Source: an uncultured bacterium (lineage in GTDB: Bacteria; Patescibacteriota; JACMRA01). Taken from it: a stretch of 64,000 bases of DNA. Where the stretch lies: assembly GCA_963704645.1 (NCBI GenBank), contig OY969926.1:672001-736000 (forward strand), in the 5' to 3' direction. The notes beneath the pieces are model-generated. The model made no database searches. It had not been told where the DNA came from and saw only the letters and a program-made list of their open reading frames with translations. Shown here in pieces: positions 30,988 through 40,455 of this stretch. Numbering within the stretch: position 1 is the first letter of the stretch; the number at the start of each line of letters is the position of its first letter. The position numbers and the translations under genes are program-made.

Positions 30988-31312
30988 ATGAAGAATAGTT
31001 AACTTTTATAAAAAATGCTTGAGAATTGAAAATTACCCAGAGCAGTGTTTTTCTAGCTATATACTTTTTCGGGAATTGTCAAGTAGTTAAACGTCTACAA
31101 ATACCTTTTTTTATGCCTCTAATTGGCTGCCTCATGGTTTATTATAGGTTTATCTTGGCTGTTAATTTTAATCAACAACTTTTAAATTTCTTACTATTAG
31201 TTTGCAAATTGAGATCATAAATTTACTGTTTATGCCCGTAAAAATTAAAGTCACAAACAAAAATCCCCAGTGTATTTCTGGGGAAATTCTTATGGCAAAA
31301 TTAAACTCATTT

Positions 31313-33022
31313 CTATTTAAATGTACTCTGTGAAATTATTTGATCTATTTCAGAAAGATAGTTTTTATTATTAGTTTCAATTGTAGTTGCAAACTCAACC
31401 ACCTTTGCATTTTTGTATGGTTCCAGACCATCATTAGTTTTGAAAGATTTAAATTGTGGGTAATTGTTTGCGTCTATGTTTGATTCCATCAAAAAGCAAT
31501 CGCTACTTTGATTTCTAGGAGAGTAGCTAACTGAGTCTCTGTAATTGTACCTTACTATATTTTCGTTTATATTCGTTTGATTATCTGATGCGGTGCATGC
31601 CGTACTGCCATCTCCTAAAATGCCCAATTTGATAAAAACTGTGGTTTCGCCTTTACTTAAGGTAATAGTTCTTTTTAATAATCCCTCTATATAAATTTCA
31701 CTTGTACTAGTCTCAAATTTCCAATCTTCTGGATAAACTAGTTTAAAATCTGGGAAGTATTGATTGGTGTAAGTTTTTGTTGAAGTATTGTTTCCCTTAA
31801 AGGACTCCAATTTAATAGGGCTTTCTGTTAAAGTTATCCCAACGTAACTAATAATGTATGATTTGTTTTCGGTGCTGAAGTAATATGCAGTAACACCTCC
31901 CTCAGCTAAAGGCACTAATACTTTAACTTGATTTTTCACTTGATTACATAAAAATTCCGACAAGCCTATTTCTTTGCAGATAGTATCTTTAGATATATTT
32001 TCTTTTGAAATAGGGCCTAAGTTTTCATCATCTTCAAAATATTTAGTGTTTTCTACTGGAGCTGAACTTCTTTTTACAGTTTTATTAAATTCATCAAAAG
32101 TTATAGCTTTGGCGGTACAATCAATTTGCACAGCAAAGCCAGGTCCGAAAGGTGCAGTTTTATATCTTAAAAATAAACTAGGCTGTTTCTCATAAGTATA
32201 GCCCTCAGTAGATTTGCCACCATAAAGTATGTTTTTCTTTACTTTGCTCTGCAAATCACAACTATCTATAAGAATAACATCATTTTCCCCATCCGCAACA
32301 AGAGGTTTAATCTCATTTTTAACTTCAACGCTAACCTGCTCAATTTTCTTAACAGAAACAAACTCGTAGTCTACCTTCTTACTGCCAGATTCACCTAATA
32401 GCTTTACTTCTTGAGGCCTGTAAACCGATTCTCCAGTAATTTTAAATTGAAGTTTAAATTCTTCACCTTTTCCGCCTACAAGACTGATAGCCTTAAATAC
32501 TTCATCACTTTCAGCAACATTTTTTAATAGGTATATTTTTTTGTCATATCCTTCAAAGAAGAAGCTGTACTTACCTCCATCAACAATGACGAAACCATCA
32601 AATCTATAAATATCTAAACCTGTAGACTCCTCTTTTTTAACCTCTTCGCCAACAACCTCTTCCAAAGGTACAGCCGAATTTATTTTGGTTTCTGGTTTTT
32701 TAGTAAGCCCAATAACATTAGAAGGTTTATATTCTTCTGGAGCAAATAACTGAGCAGCAGCTACAGAAACTGTACTTAGTGCTAGCAACATAATTAAAGT
32801 TGCTGTTATCGAATGTTTGGTAATTGTATTTACAAAGTTTTTGTAAGATTCTTGAAAGGACATAATTGGGTTATTTTGGTAACTGGGTAGGAGTTTTAGG
32901 TAGTTTTTAAATTCTAGTAGTTGCGAATTTTTGGAGTTTGAATAAAAAGTATCTTCTTTGAACCAACTGTTTAGGTTTTCTTCCTGCTCAAATGGGTTTT
33001 GAATATTTAATGTATTTGCCAT
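31313..33022 (-). CDS. Putative anti-sigma/sensor membrane protein with extracellular domains
   Basis: Directly downstream of the ECF sigma; short cytoplasmic N-terminus, one TM, C-terminal PsbP-like TYTN...FKLVYPEDW motif. Confidence 0.55.
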   Translation of the reverse strand: MANTLNIQNPFEQEENLNSWFKEDTFYSNSKNSQLLEFKNYLKLLPSYQNNPIMSFQESYKNFVNTITKHSITATLIMLLALSTVSVAAAQLFAPEEYKPSNVIGLTKKPETKINSAVPLEEVVGEEVKKEESTGLDIYRFDGFVIVDGGKYSFFFEGYDKKIYLLKNVAESDEVFKAISLVGGKGEEFKLQFKITGESVYRPQEVKLLGESGSKKVDYEFVSVKKIEQVSVEVKNEIKPLVADGENDVILIDSCDLQSKVKKNILYGGKSTEGYTYEKQPSLFLRYKTAPFGPGFAVQIDCTAKAITFDEFNKTVKRSSAPVENTKYFEDDENLGPISKENISKDTICKEIGLSEFLCNQVKNQVKVLVPLAEGGVTAYYFSTENKSYIISYVGITLTESPIKLESFKGNNTSTKTYTNQYFPDFKLVYPEDWKFETSTSEIYIEGLLKRTITLSKGETTVFIKLGILGDGSTACTASDNQTNINENIVRYNYRDSVSYSPRNQSSDCFLMESNIDANNYPQFKSFKTNDGLEPYKNAKVVEFATTIETNNKNYLSEIDQIISQSTFK

Positions 33023-33033
33023 ATTTATATTAT

Positions 33034-33555
33034 TTAACTTTGCCATACAGCTTTGCATTTATCTTTTAGTTTAGTTACAGATCTGCTTAATCTTTTTCTA
33101 ACATTTTCCGCTGTTAAACTAAGTATCTGGGCTACTTCAGGTGATTTTCTATCTTCAACTAAACTTAAATTAACAATATTGAAATCTACTCCGTTAAGGT
33201 TCTGCTTAATACAGTGAAGTAAGTTTTCAATTCTATGATTATAGTAAGAAGATTTTTCTAGTTCGGCTTTTTCATCTACTAGTTCAAAGTTATCATCCAA
33301 GCCTACAGTAATAATTTGTTTAGTTTTATTGTTAATAAATGCTACCAGTTGGTTATGGGCTATTTTCCATAAATAAGCGTTTTTGTTTAAAATTCTTACA
33401 CTTTTTTCTTCGTCTAAAATAATTTCTAAAAATTGAAATAAAACCAAACTGGTTAAATCTTCAACATCTAATCTGTTATCTATTCGGCGAAAGAAATAGC
33501 CGTAAACTTTTGGGTAGTAAAATTCCCATTCTGAGTTAATATTTGTATAAGACAT
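33034..33555 (-). CDS. ECF RNA polymerase sigma factor
   Basis: Region 2 (YGYFFRR...DVEDLTS...AYLWKIAHN) and region 4 (EVAQILSLTAENVRKRLSRS). Confidence 0.9.
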   Translation of the reverse strand: MSYTNINSEWEFYYPKVYGYFFRRIDNRLDVEDLTSLVLFQFLEIILDEEKSVRILNKNAYLWKIAHNQLVAFINNKTKQIITVGLDDNFELVDEKAELEKSSYYNHRIENLLHCIKQNLNGVDFNIVNLSLVEDRKSPEVAQILSLTAENVRKRLSRSVTKLKDKCKAVWQS

Positions 33556-33783
33556 GAAAAACTTGCAAGTGTTCAATTAAGTAGTGTGTAAAAATTTCCA
33601 AACTGTGACAAAATTGTAACGTCTAAATATTTTTAAGTATTCTACTTGGTTATTTAGGTTTGAGCAATTTGTAGGCTTCTCCCAATAGTATTTTCAAGTA
33701 AAAGTTATAATTTTATTAGGAAAAATTTGGCTTACCCTTATTGATTTATTCTCAGAAAACAATATTATATTCAGAGAGATGCT

Positions 33784-33808
33784 TTGACTTTTAAAGAGTT
33801 TTATGCTT
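33784..33808 (+). promoter_or_regulatory. Orphan-gene motif TTGACT-N12-TATGCTT
   Basis: Motif match upstream of 33884. Confidence 0.6.
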
Positions 33809-33883
33809 ATTTAAGGGGTAAGGTTATATTTTAAACATTTATAACTTTACGCACATTGATTAATTAATTCAAGAGAAATAACA

Positions 33884-34294
33884 ATGAAAAATTTAGGAAT
33901 TGCGGCTTCTTTACCCCTTCTATTATTTTTTTCAATCGGTACTATTCCATCTGTCTCAGCACAGCAGGGTGTTACAAGTTTTAGTGCAACTCAGTTTACA
34001 CCAAGTGAACTTGGTAATCGACAGTTTAGTGGAGAGGTAACTAATACTGGTTTAGTTAGACAGGTAGTAGTTAAGCCGCTCTACCAAAATGGTGTACTTC
34101 GTGGAGTGGAAGCAAGGCTAAATGGTGCGGTTTTCCAAAGTGGAGTATCAACCTTTAGCGGAAGTGCAAATTTTCCTAACTCGACTTTTACAGGCTCAAC
34201 TTCAGTGCCACAGGGCAATCAGTTCAGTGTTACAGGCGACCCTAATATGGGGCTAATTCTAAGGAGTTTTCCTGGAGTCGGTGGATTAGAGTAA
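33884..34294 (+). CDS. Orphan secreted protein
   Basis: Signal peptide ending VSA-Q; terminator at 34303-34349. Confidence 0.65.
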   Translation: MKNLGIAASLPLLLFFSIGTIPSVSAQQGVTSFSATQFTPSELGNRQFSGEVTNTGLVRQVVVKPLYQNGVLRGVEARLNGAVFQSGVSTFSGSANFPNSTFTGSTSVPQGNQFSVTGDPNMGLILRSFPGVGGLE

Positions 34295-34436
34295 AACTCA
34301 AAGCAACTTGTACTAACTTTATTTCTTAAGTTAGCGAGTTGTTTTTTTTATTGTGGTAATTCTTGCTAGTGTACTAGTTTAATTTGTTCAATAAACTATA
34401 GACAATTTATAGCTTTAGTGTAATATATTATTTACT

Positions 34437-35297
34437 ATGGCCACCACCACTTTTACCCCTTCAGCTAGTAGTTTTTTTAAAGCTGTTTTTCGTAATGTTA
34501 CAGCTGTTGTAATTGTTATTTTAAGTATTATAATTTTACTAGATTCTGTAAGGGTTAATTCTCCAACTCAGGTCTCTGTTGTTACTACTCTTGGTAATAT
34601 AACTGGAGTTCAAAAATCTGGTTTGTACCTTAAATTCCCTATTATTTCAAGAACAGTAGGTTACGACACAACTGTGCAATCTATAGAATGTATTGATGCT
34701 GTGGGTAAAAATAATTGTACAACTTTGGATGGTGGAACAAAAGATTTGCAGTCAGTTAGAGTTGCAGTCCAAGTAAGTTATAGAATTGATGAAACTAAAA
34801 TTGAAGAATTGTATAAATTGGTTCAAGACCAAAGTACCTTTGACAATGTAATTGTTCCTGCTACAGTTCAAGAAGCTTTAAAAGTTTCTGCAGCAAAGTA
34901 CACTGGGGAAGAGTTGGTAACTAAGCGTCAATTAGTTAAGCAAGATATTGAAACAGAATTACAAACAAGATTAAATCAATTCTACTTAAAAGTTGTAGCT
35001 GTAAATATTGTTAACTTCGAATTTAGCCAATCTTTTCAAGATGAAATAGACAAAAAAGTTGCCACTCAACAACAGGTTCTACAAAAAACAGAAGAGCTAA
35101 AAAGAGTTGAAGCTGAGGCTAAAATTAAAATTACAACAGCCACCGCTGATGCTGAAGCAACAAGAATTCAAGGTTCAGCTTTGAAAGAAAATCCACAAAT
35201 TTTAGAGTTGGAAAAAATTAAAAAGTGGGATGGAAAACTACCTTCTGTAGTTAGCAGTTCTGATCCAATAATTTCCTTACCTGCCCAAAATAAGTAA
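34437..35297 (+). CDS. SPFH/prohibitin (band 7) family protein
   Basis: TKDLQ.V, AKYTGEELVTKR, IKKWDGKLP. Confidence 0.92.
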   Translation: MATTTFTPSASSFFKAVFRNVTAVVIVILSIIILLDSVRVNSPTQVSVVTTLGNITGVQKSGLYLKFPIISRTVGYDTTVQSIECIDAVGKNNCTTLDGGTKDLQSVRVAVQVSYRIDETKIEELYKLVQDQSTFDNVIVPATVQEALKVSAAKYTGEELVTKRQLVKQDIETELQTRLNQFYLKVVAVNIVNFEFSQSFQDEIDKKVATQQQVLQKTEELKRVEAEAKIKITTATADAEATRIQGSALKENPQILELEKIKKWDGKLPSVVSSSDPIISLPAQNK

Positions 35298-35305
35298 AAT
35301 AAACT

Positions 35306-36091
35306 ATGGTTGGGTTTTATGATAGCGGAGTAGGCGGGCTTACTATTTTGCAGGAAGTTTTAAAGCTACAGCCTAGCTTTTCTTATATTTATTTAGCTGA
35401 TACAAAAGCTTTGCCATTGGGAGATAAAACTGTAGAGTTTATAAGAAATCGCGTTAAAGAAGCTTGTATAAAATTGTTTAATTCAGGTTGTGATGTTGTA
35501 GTTTTAGCTTGTAATACAGCGAGTGTTACATCAATTAGATATATTCAACAGGTTTGGTTAAAAGAAAATTATCCTAATAAGCAGGTTTTAAGTATAACTA
35601 CGCCGTTGTTAGAATTAGTACAGGAAGAGTTATATTTACTGCAAAATAAGCCAGGTTTGTTACTGTCTACACTGGCCACTCATAATAGTGGTTTCTATCA
35701 GTACGAACTAATTAAAAAAGGTTTTGTAAATTGTCTGTCAGTTCCACTTTCTGGTCTGGCCGATGCTATTGAAAAAAGTAACGCTTTAAATGTAAAAAAT
35801 ATAGTCAGTAGCAAAACTATTAATTCAAATGTTAATGCAGAAACTATAGAATATGTTGTTTTGGCTTGTACGCATTACAAATGGGCAATAGAAGAAATTC
35901 AAAATATTTTCTCAAATGCTAAAATTGTAGAGCCAAGTGTAATTACTGCTGTAAAATTGCTAGATTATTTAAACAGACATCCAGAATATACTCTAAGTGA
36001 TTCTAAATCATCTAAGTTTATTATAACAGGAGAAGAGGGAAATTTTAAAAAGTTTTTAAACGAGCTTCAATTAAGCAGTGTTTGTCCGTAA
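35306..36091 (+). CDS. murI: Glutamate racemase
   Basis: DSGVGGLT, LACNTAS, LACTHY. Confidence 0.95.
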   Translation: MVGFYDSGVGGLTILQEVLKLQPSFSYIYLADTKALPLGDKTVEFIRNRVKEACIKLFNSGCDVVVLACNTASVTSIRYIQQVWLKENYPNKQVLSITTPLLELVQEELYLLQNKPGLLLSTLATHNSGFYQYELIKKGFVNCLSVPLSGLADAIEKSNALNVKNIVSSKTINSNVNAETIEYVVLACTHYKWAIEEIQNIFSNAKIVEPSVITAVKLLDYLNRHPEYTLSDSKSSKFIITGEEGNFKKFLNELQLSSVCP

Positions 36092-36167
36092 AATATTTTA
36101 ATGAGTCGAACCCAATAAATGCCATATTATAGGGTTTAATTAGCTAATTTAGCATGTAAATATACCT

Positions 36168-36243
36168 TGGTGCATCTGGAGAGATTCGAACTCCCGGTCC
36201 TTTGTTCCGAAGACAAATGCTTTATCCACTAAGCTACAGATGC
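36168..36243 (-). tRNA. tRNA-Arg(TCG)
   Basis: Reverse complement GCATCTGTAGCTTAGTGGATAAAGCA-TTTGT-CTTCGGA-ACAAA...GTTCGAATC...CACCA. Confidence 0.95.
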
Positions 36244-36333
36244 CTGCAATTTAATTCAGGTTTGTGCTTATTTTATTGTCAAAGTGGCAACTTTTGTGCC
36301 ATCAAATCAGGAGTAAGTATATTGTAACACTAA

Positions 36334-36363
36334 ACTGTCACCCTGAACTTGTTTCAGGGTCTA
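36334..36363 (-). repeat. REP-like palindrome family A copy
   Basis: ACTGTCACCCTGAACTTGTTTCAGGGTCTA. Confidence 0.9.
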
Positions 36364-36533
36364 TGCGGATGAATACAATAGAACAAAAAGTTTTTTTCAT
36401 TTTTGTGTGGGTGTGTCGAAGAGGGATAATCACGAAATCATAGTTATACAAACAGTGGGCCAAATCCAAGCTTGCATCTACAAACAAAATTCCAGAATTG
36501 TAAGTTGGATTGGTTTTATGATAAACTTGCCAT

Positions 36534-36938
36534 CTAAATGGAGGTTTGAAGCAAAATTATGAAATATGGGTAAAATTGCAAACTTAAAATTAGTAAACAA
36601 TAAAAAGCAGATATTAAAATTAAATTTCTAGTCCATCTGTATTTAGACGAAATAAAGAAATTTATACAATAAAATATAAAGAAACCTATTCCAGTTATTA
36701 ATAATATTGTGGGGTAAGGCAAAGCCGTTTCCAATCTATTAGCTAAAATTGGATCTTGATTAATATATTTAGGATTACTTAAAAACCAAATACAAAGTAT
36801 AGAAAGAGTTGCAAACCATCCCCAAACTAATATCCAAGGAGTTAGTAAAAAACCTATACCAAAGCGTTTTAAACTAGCTTGATTTAAGTTTTGCTTCCAG
36901 TAAGTTTGAACAGACTTAAGATATTGATTTTCGTCCAT
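36534..36938 (-). CDS. Hypothetical membrane protein
   Basis: Three TM segments; directly downstream of clpP. Confidence 0.6.
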   Translation of the reverse strand: MDENQYLKSVQTYWKQNLNQASLKRFGIGFLLTPWILVWGWFATLSILCIWFLSNPKYINQDPILANRLETALPYPTILLITGIGFFIFYCINFFISSKYRWTRNLILISAFYCLLILSLQFYPYFIILLQTSI

Positions 36939-36950
36939 GATGATTCTAAT

Positions 36951-37589
36951 CTAAGCTTTTTCAGTTCCAATAATTTTATCTACAATACCGTATTCCACAG
37001 CTTCTTTTGCGTCCATATAATAATCTCTGTCCATATCTTTTTCTAGCTTTTCTACAGTTTGACCAGTTTTTTCTGCCATAAATTTATGGCCTAAATCCTT
37101 AGTTTTTAATATATTTTTTGCTCTAATTGAAATATCGCTGGCCTGTCCTTCAGCACCTCCAAGTGGTTGGTGAATCATAACTTCTGCATGAGGTAAAATT
37201 AATCTTTTTCCTTTGGCTCCGTTGGCTAAAATCAAACTACCTGCCGAAGCTGCCATTCCAATACAAATTGTAGAAACGTCTGGTTTAATTAAATTCATTG
37301 TATCAATAATTGACCACATTGAAGTTACGCTTCCACCAGGGGTATTAATGTACATTGTAATGTCTTTAGTTGAATCTTCGCTTTGTAAATAAAGTAACTG
37401 TGCAACCACAATACTCGCCATTGCGTAATCAATTGGTTCTGTTACCATGATAATTCTTTCGTCTAACAATCTGGAAAACAAATCCATACTTCTTTCTCCA
37501 TCTGTGCTTCTTTTAATTACCATCGGCACTAAAGAGCTGGTGATATTGTTTTTAGAAATAGATGATATTTCTAGGTTATTAATGTTCAT
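36951..37589 (-). CDS. clpP: ATP-dependent Clp protease proteolytic subunit
   Basis: [28 protein letters not shown]. Confidence 0.97.
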   Translation of the reverse strand: MNINNLEISSISKNNITSSLVPMVIKRSTDGERSMDLFSRLLDERIIMVTEPIDYAMASIVVAQLLYLQSEDSTKDITMYINTPGGSVTSMWSIIDTMNLIKPDVSTICIGMAASAGSLILANGAKGKRLILPHAEVMIHQPLGGAEGQASDISIRAKNILKTKDLGHKFMAEKTGQTVEKLEKDMDRDYYMDAKEAVEYGIVDKIIGTEKA

Positions 37590-37719
37590 AATAAGTGTTA
37601 ATTAATTTAATTTAAATTTATTTTTTAAGGTTTTTATAACCCATTAAAACCAACCTAAAAGCCATACTTTATTTTGTCAAGCACTTGACAAGGTTGCCAA
37701 CTTGGCCAATAAATAAGGT

Positions 37720-38223
37720 GTGAAAAATATTGTAATTTACCCAAATCCAATACTAGATAAAAAAGCTGAAAAAGTTACTTTTCCCTTAAATGAAGAGACA
37801 AAACAAGACATAAAAGATATGTGGGAAGTTGTAAAAGCAGATGGTGTAGGGTTGGCAGCGCCACAAATTGGAGTGTCAAAACAAATTTGTATTATCCATC
37901 TTTCCGAAGTTGAAAAAGGTAAAAATGCTCAGGACATTTTGTTAATTAATCCAAAAATTGTTTTTTTCAGTCAGTTAGAAGCCTTAATGATTGAAGGTTG
38001 CCTAAGTTTTCCAGAACAATTTTACGAAATATGGCGACCTGCCAATGTGCACGTAGAATATTATAACGAATTAGGCCAAAAAAAGTTGTTAAAAGCCAAA
38101 GATCTAATTTCAAGGGTGGCTCAACATGAAGTTGACCATCTACAAGGCAATTTGTTTATTCACAAAGGAGGTAGAAAAGTAGAAGAAAGTGAATTTACAG
38201 ATGACACAGTTATTGCCGAATAA
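37720..38223 (+). CDS. def: Peptide deformylase
   Basis: GVGLAAPQIG, EGCLS, QHEVDHL. Confidence 0.97.
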   Translation: MKNIVIYPNPILDKKAEKVTFPLNEETKQDIKDMWEVVKADGVGLAAPQIGVSKQICIIHLSEVEKGKNAQDILLINPKIVFFSQLEALMIEGCLSFPEQFYEIWRPANVHVEYYNELGQKKLLKAKDLISRVAQHEVDHLQGNLFIHKGGRKVEESEFTDDTVIAE

Positions 38224-38250
38224 GACCTCCATATTTCAACATTATTCCAA

Positions 38251-39054
38251 ATGCCCAGAAAAAGTATTTCCGATCCAGAAACAAATTTAACTACCAGACA
38301 AAAAAACTTGTTGTTTGCAGTTATAAAAGAATATTGCGATAATAACGAAAGTATTGGCTCTAAGGAATTGAAAGAAAAATATGGGTTTAATTTTTCTTCA
38401 GCCACAATTAGAAACGAATTAGTAGAACTGCGTGATCTTGGCTACTTGTTTCAACCTTATACTAATTCAAGCAGTAAGCCAACCGAAAAAGCTTTTAAAC
38501 TGTTTGTAGGTCAGCTAATTTTGGGTCTGCAAGTAACATCAAGGCAACAAAAAGAGTTACAAATTCAGCTTCATGAAATGGAGAAAAAAGAAGCTAAACT
38601 TAGTAAAGAAATTTCCAGGCTGTTAGCTGTAACAACTGGTGGAGTTGGTTTTGTGGTTAATAAAGATGCAGAAAATATTACTGGCATTGGCAATTTATTA
38701 AATGCTTCAAGTGAAGGTAAGGTTTCAGAAATTTTAAACTTTTTAGACAACCTAGATAATTACAAAGGTTTTTTGTTGGAAGGTGGTGCAAGTTCTGGTC
38801 AGGAAAACCAAACAGCTAATATTAAAACTGTCTTTGGTGGCGAGAACCCAATTTTGCCTTTGGGTAAAGGTTACGCTATGGTGGCCACAGAAGTTTATAT
38901 GGAAGACGGCCAAAAATCTGTAGTAGGTTTGGTAACACCAGTGCATTTCTTAGCTAAGGAAAAAAACCTAGAACTTTTGAATGCTCTTAATAAAATGTTA
39001 GGCAAGCCGGAATCAAAACTAGATAATGGTTCTAGATCTATTGGAAAGAGATAA
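38251..39054 (+). CDS. hrcA: Heat-inducible transcription repressor (shortened)
   Basis: RQ..LL..VIKEY...IGSKEL...SSATIRNEL..L...GYL.QPYT. Confidence 0.85.
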   Translation: MPRKSISDPETNLTTRQKNLLFAVIKEYCDNNESIGSKELKEKYGFNFSSATIRNELVELRDLGYLFQPYTNSSSKPTEKAFKLFVGQLILGLQVTSRQQKELQIQLHEMEKKEAKLSKEISRLLAVTTGGVGFVVNKDAENITGIGNLLNASSEGKVSEILNFLDNLDNYKGFLLEGGASSGQENQTANIKTVFGGENPILPLGKGYAMVATEVYMEDGQKSVVGLVTPVHFLAKEKNLELLNALNKMLGKPESKLDNGSRSIGKR

Positions 39055-39079
39055 ATGTAAATTAAATAAGAACAATTAA

Positions 39080-39559
39080 ATGACTATAGTACTTTGGAAT
39101 ATTCGCTCAGCTTGGAATGTTGGCTCTATTATACGAAGTTGCGACGCTGTTGGTGCAGATTTAATTTTGGTTGGATATACTCCTAGACCAGAAGGTTTAA
39201 CCTTAAAAGCCGTGGTTAAAACTGCAATTGGAGCTGAAAAAAATGTTAAGTGGCAAGCCTTCGAACATTACCAAGAAGTTTTACAAGCACTACCAAGCCA
39301 TCAACATTGGGGAATTGAAATTAACGAAAAAAGCCAAGACATTTTAGATTTTTTAGAAAACCCATCTAACAAAGCTAGCTGGAATAATACTTGCTTATGG
39401 TTTGGTAACGAAATTAGCGGGTTAACAGAAGAAGTAGGGCAACATTTACACGGACAACTACACTTACCAATGTTCGGCAAAAAAGAGAGCTTAAATGTGG
39501 CTAATACAGTTACTTCTACAGCTTACTTGTGGATGTGGGGGAGTAGAGGGGAGAAATAG
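39080..39559 (+). CDS. SpoU/TrmH-family RNA methyltransferase
   Basis: NIRSAWNVGSIIRS, FGNEISGL, LPMFGKKESLNVA. Confidence 0.92.
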   Translation: MTIVLWNIRSAWNVGSIIRSCDAVGADLILVGYTPRPEGLTLKAVVKTAIGAEKNVKWQAFEHYQEVLQALPSHQHWGIEINEKSQDILDFLENPSNKASWNNTCLWFGNEISGLTEEVGQHLHGQLHLPMFGKKESLNVANTVTSTAYLWMWGSRGEK

Positions 39560-39607
39560 GCTATATATCCAAATCGAAATAATCTTAGAATTGATTGTTA
39601 CTGAAAA

Positions 39608-40375
39608 CTAAATTGATTTACGTCTGTTAATTTCAGCGACAGAGTTTTGTATACTGAGAATGTGATTTTGATTGTATAAATCTCCCAAAACTACTTCTAA
39701 TATTTTATATATATTTAAAACCTGTTCTCTTGATATTTTGGTATCCCTATGACTTCCACTATTTCCAGCCCATTTTATAGCTTCTAGTTTTTCTCCTGTT
39801 TTAACGTCTAGTTGTTTATACCTCATAATTAAACTGTGTAGGGCTTCTCTGTCATTTGTTTTCTCTATACCTATCTCAAATAAAATTTCTTCAACTAAAA
39901 CTCTTAGCTTATTAACACAAGATTGTTTGTCTACCCAGAATAAACTATATGATTCTTCTAGAACATTCATTATACTTTTGGGTGTACTATCTGGAGTATA
40001 AATGATTGATGGTGGCCTTGAGAAGTATTTAATTAAATAAAATGTTTCGTATACCCACTTCTCCTCCAACTCCTCAAAACTATATTTATCAACAACATTC
40101 TCAAAATACCCCATAACAATTGTTGAACCTGATACAATGATTTCTTCATTGCATTTTGGATTAGTACATCTAATTTTTACCGAAAAGTATCCAGTTAAAC
40201 TTTCAGGCTCTCCAACTTCTTCGTATATTGCCTGACTTTCTTTTGTGTTAAAATGTTCAATTTCACTCGATTTTGTCATTATGCATTTTCTGCAATACGG
40301 ACATGTGAAATTTTCTATATCTGTTTCTGAAAGGGTTTCATTCTTAAACAAATTTAAATTATATGGTAGGTGCAT
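39608..40375 (-). CDS. DUF4145 (HEPN-like) domain protein with N-terminal Cys motifs
   Basis: CPYC and CTNPKC; LRVLVEE...WAGNSGSH HEPN-like motif. Confidence 0.75.
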   Translation of the reverse strand: MHLPYNLNLFKNETLSETDIENFTCPYCRKCIMTKSSEIEHFNTKESQAIYEEVGEPESLTGYFSVKIRCTNPKCNEEIIVSGSTIVMGYFENVVDKYSFEELEEKWVYETFYLIKYFSRPPSIIYTPDSTPKSIMNVLEESYSLFWVDKQSCVNKLRVLVEEILFEIGIEKTNDREALHSLIMRYKQLDVKTGEKLEAIKWAGNSGSHRDTKISREQVLNIYKILEVVLGDLYNQNHILSIQNSVAEINRRKSI

Positions 40376-40420
40376 ATTTTTAATAATATTCTGATATTCT
40401 ATTTAGTAAAATATAAAAAA

Positions 40421-40442
40421 GAGGGGTTGCCCCCTCCGCTAC
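40421..40442 (-). terminator. secY terminator formed by a GTAG-type hairpin
   Basis: Reverse complement GTAGCG-GAGGGG-GCAA-CCCCTC-TTTTTT. Confidence 0.65.
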
Positions 40443-40455
40443 TCAATTTTGAATC

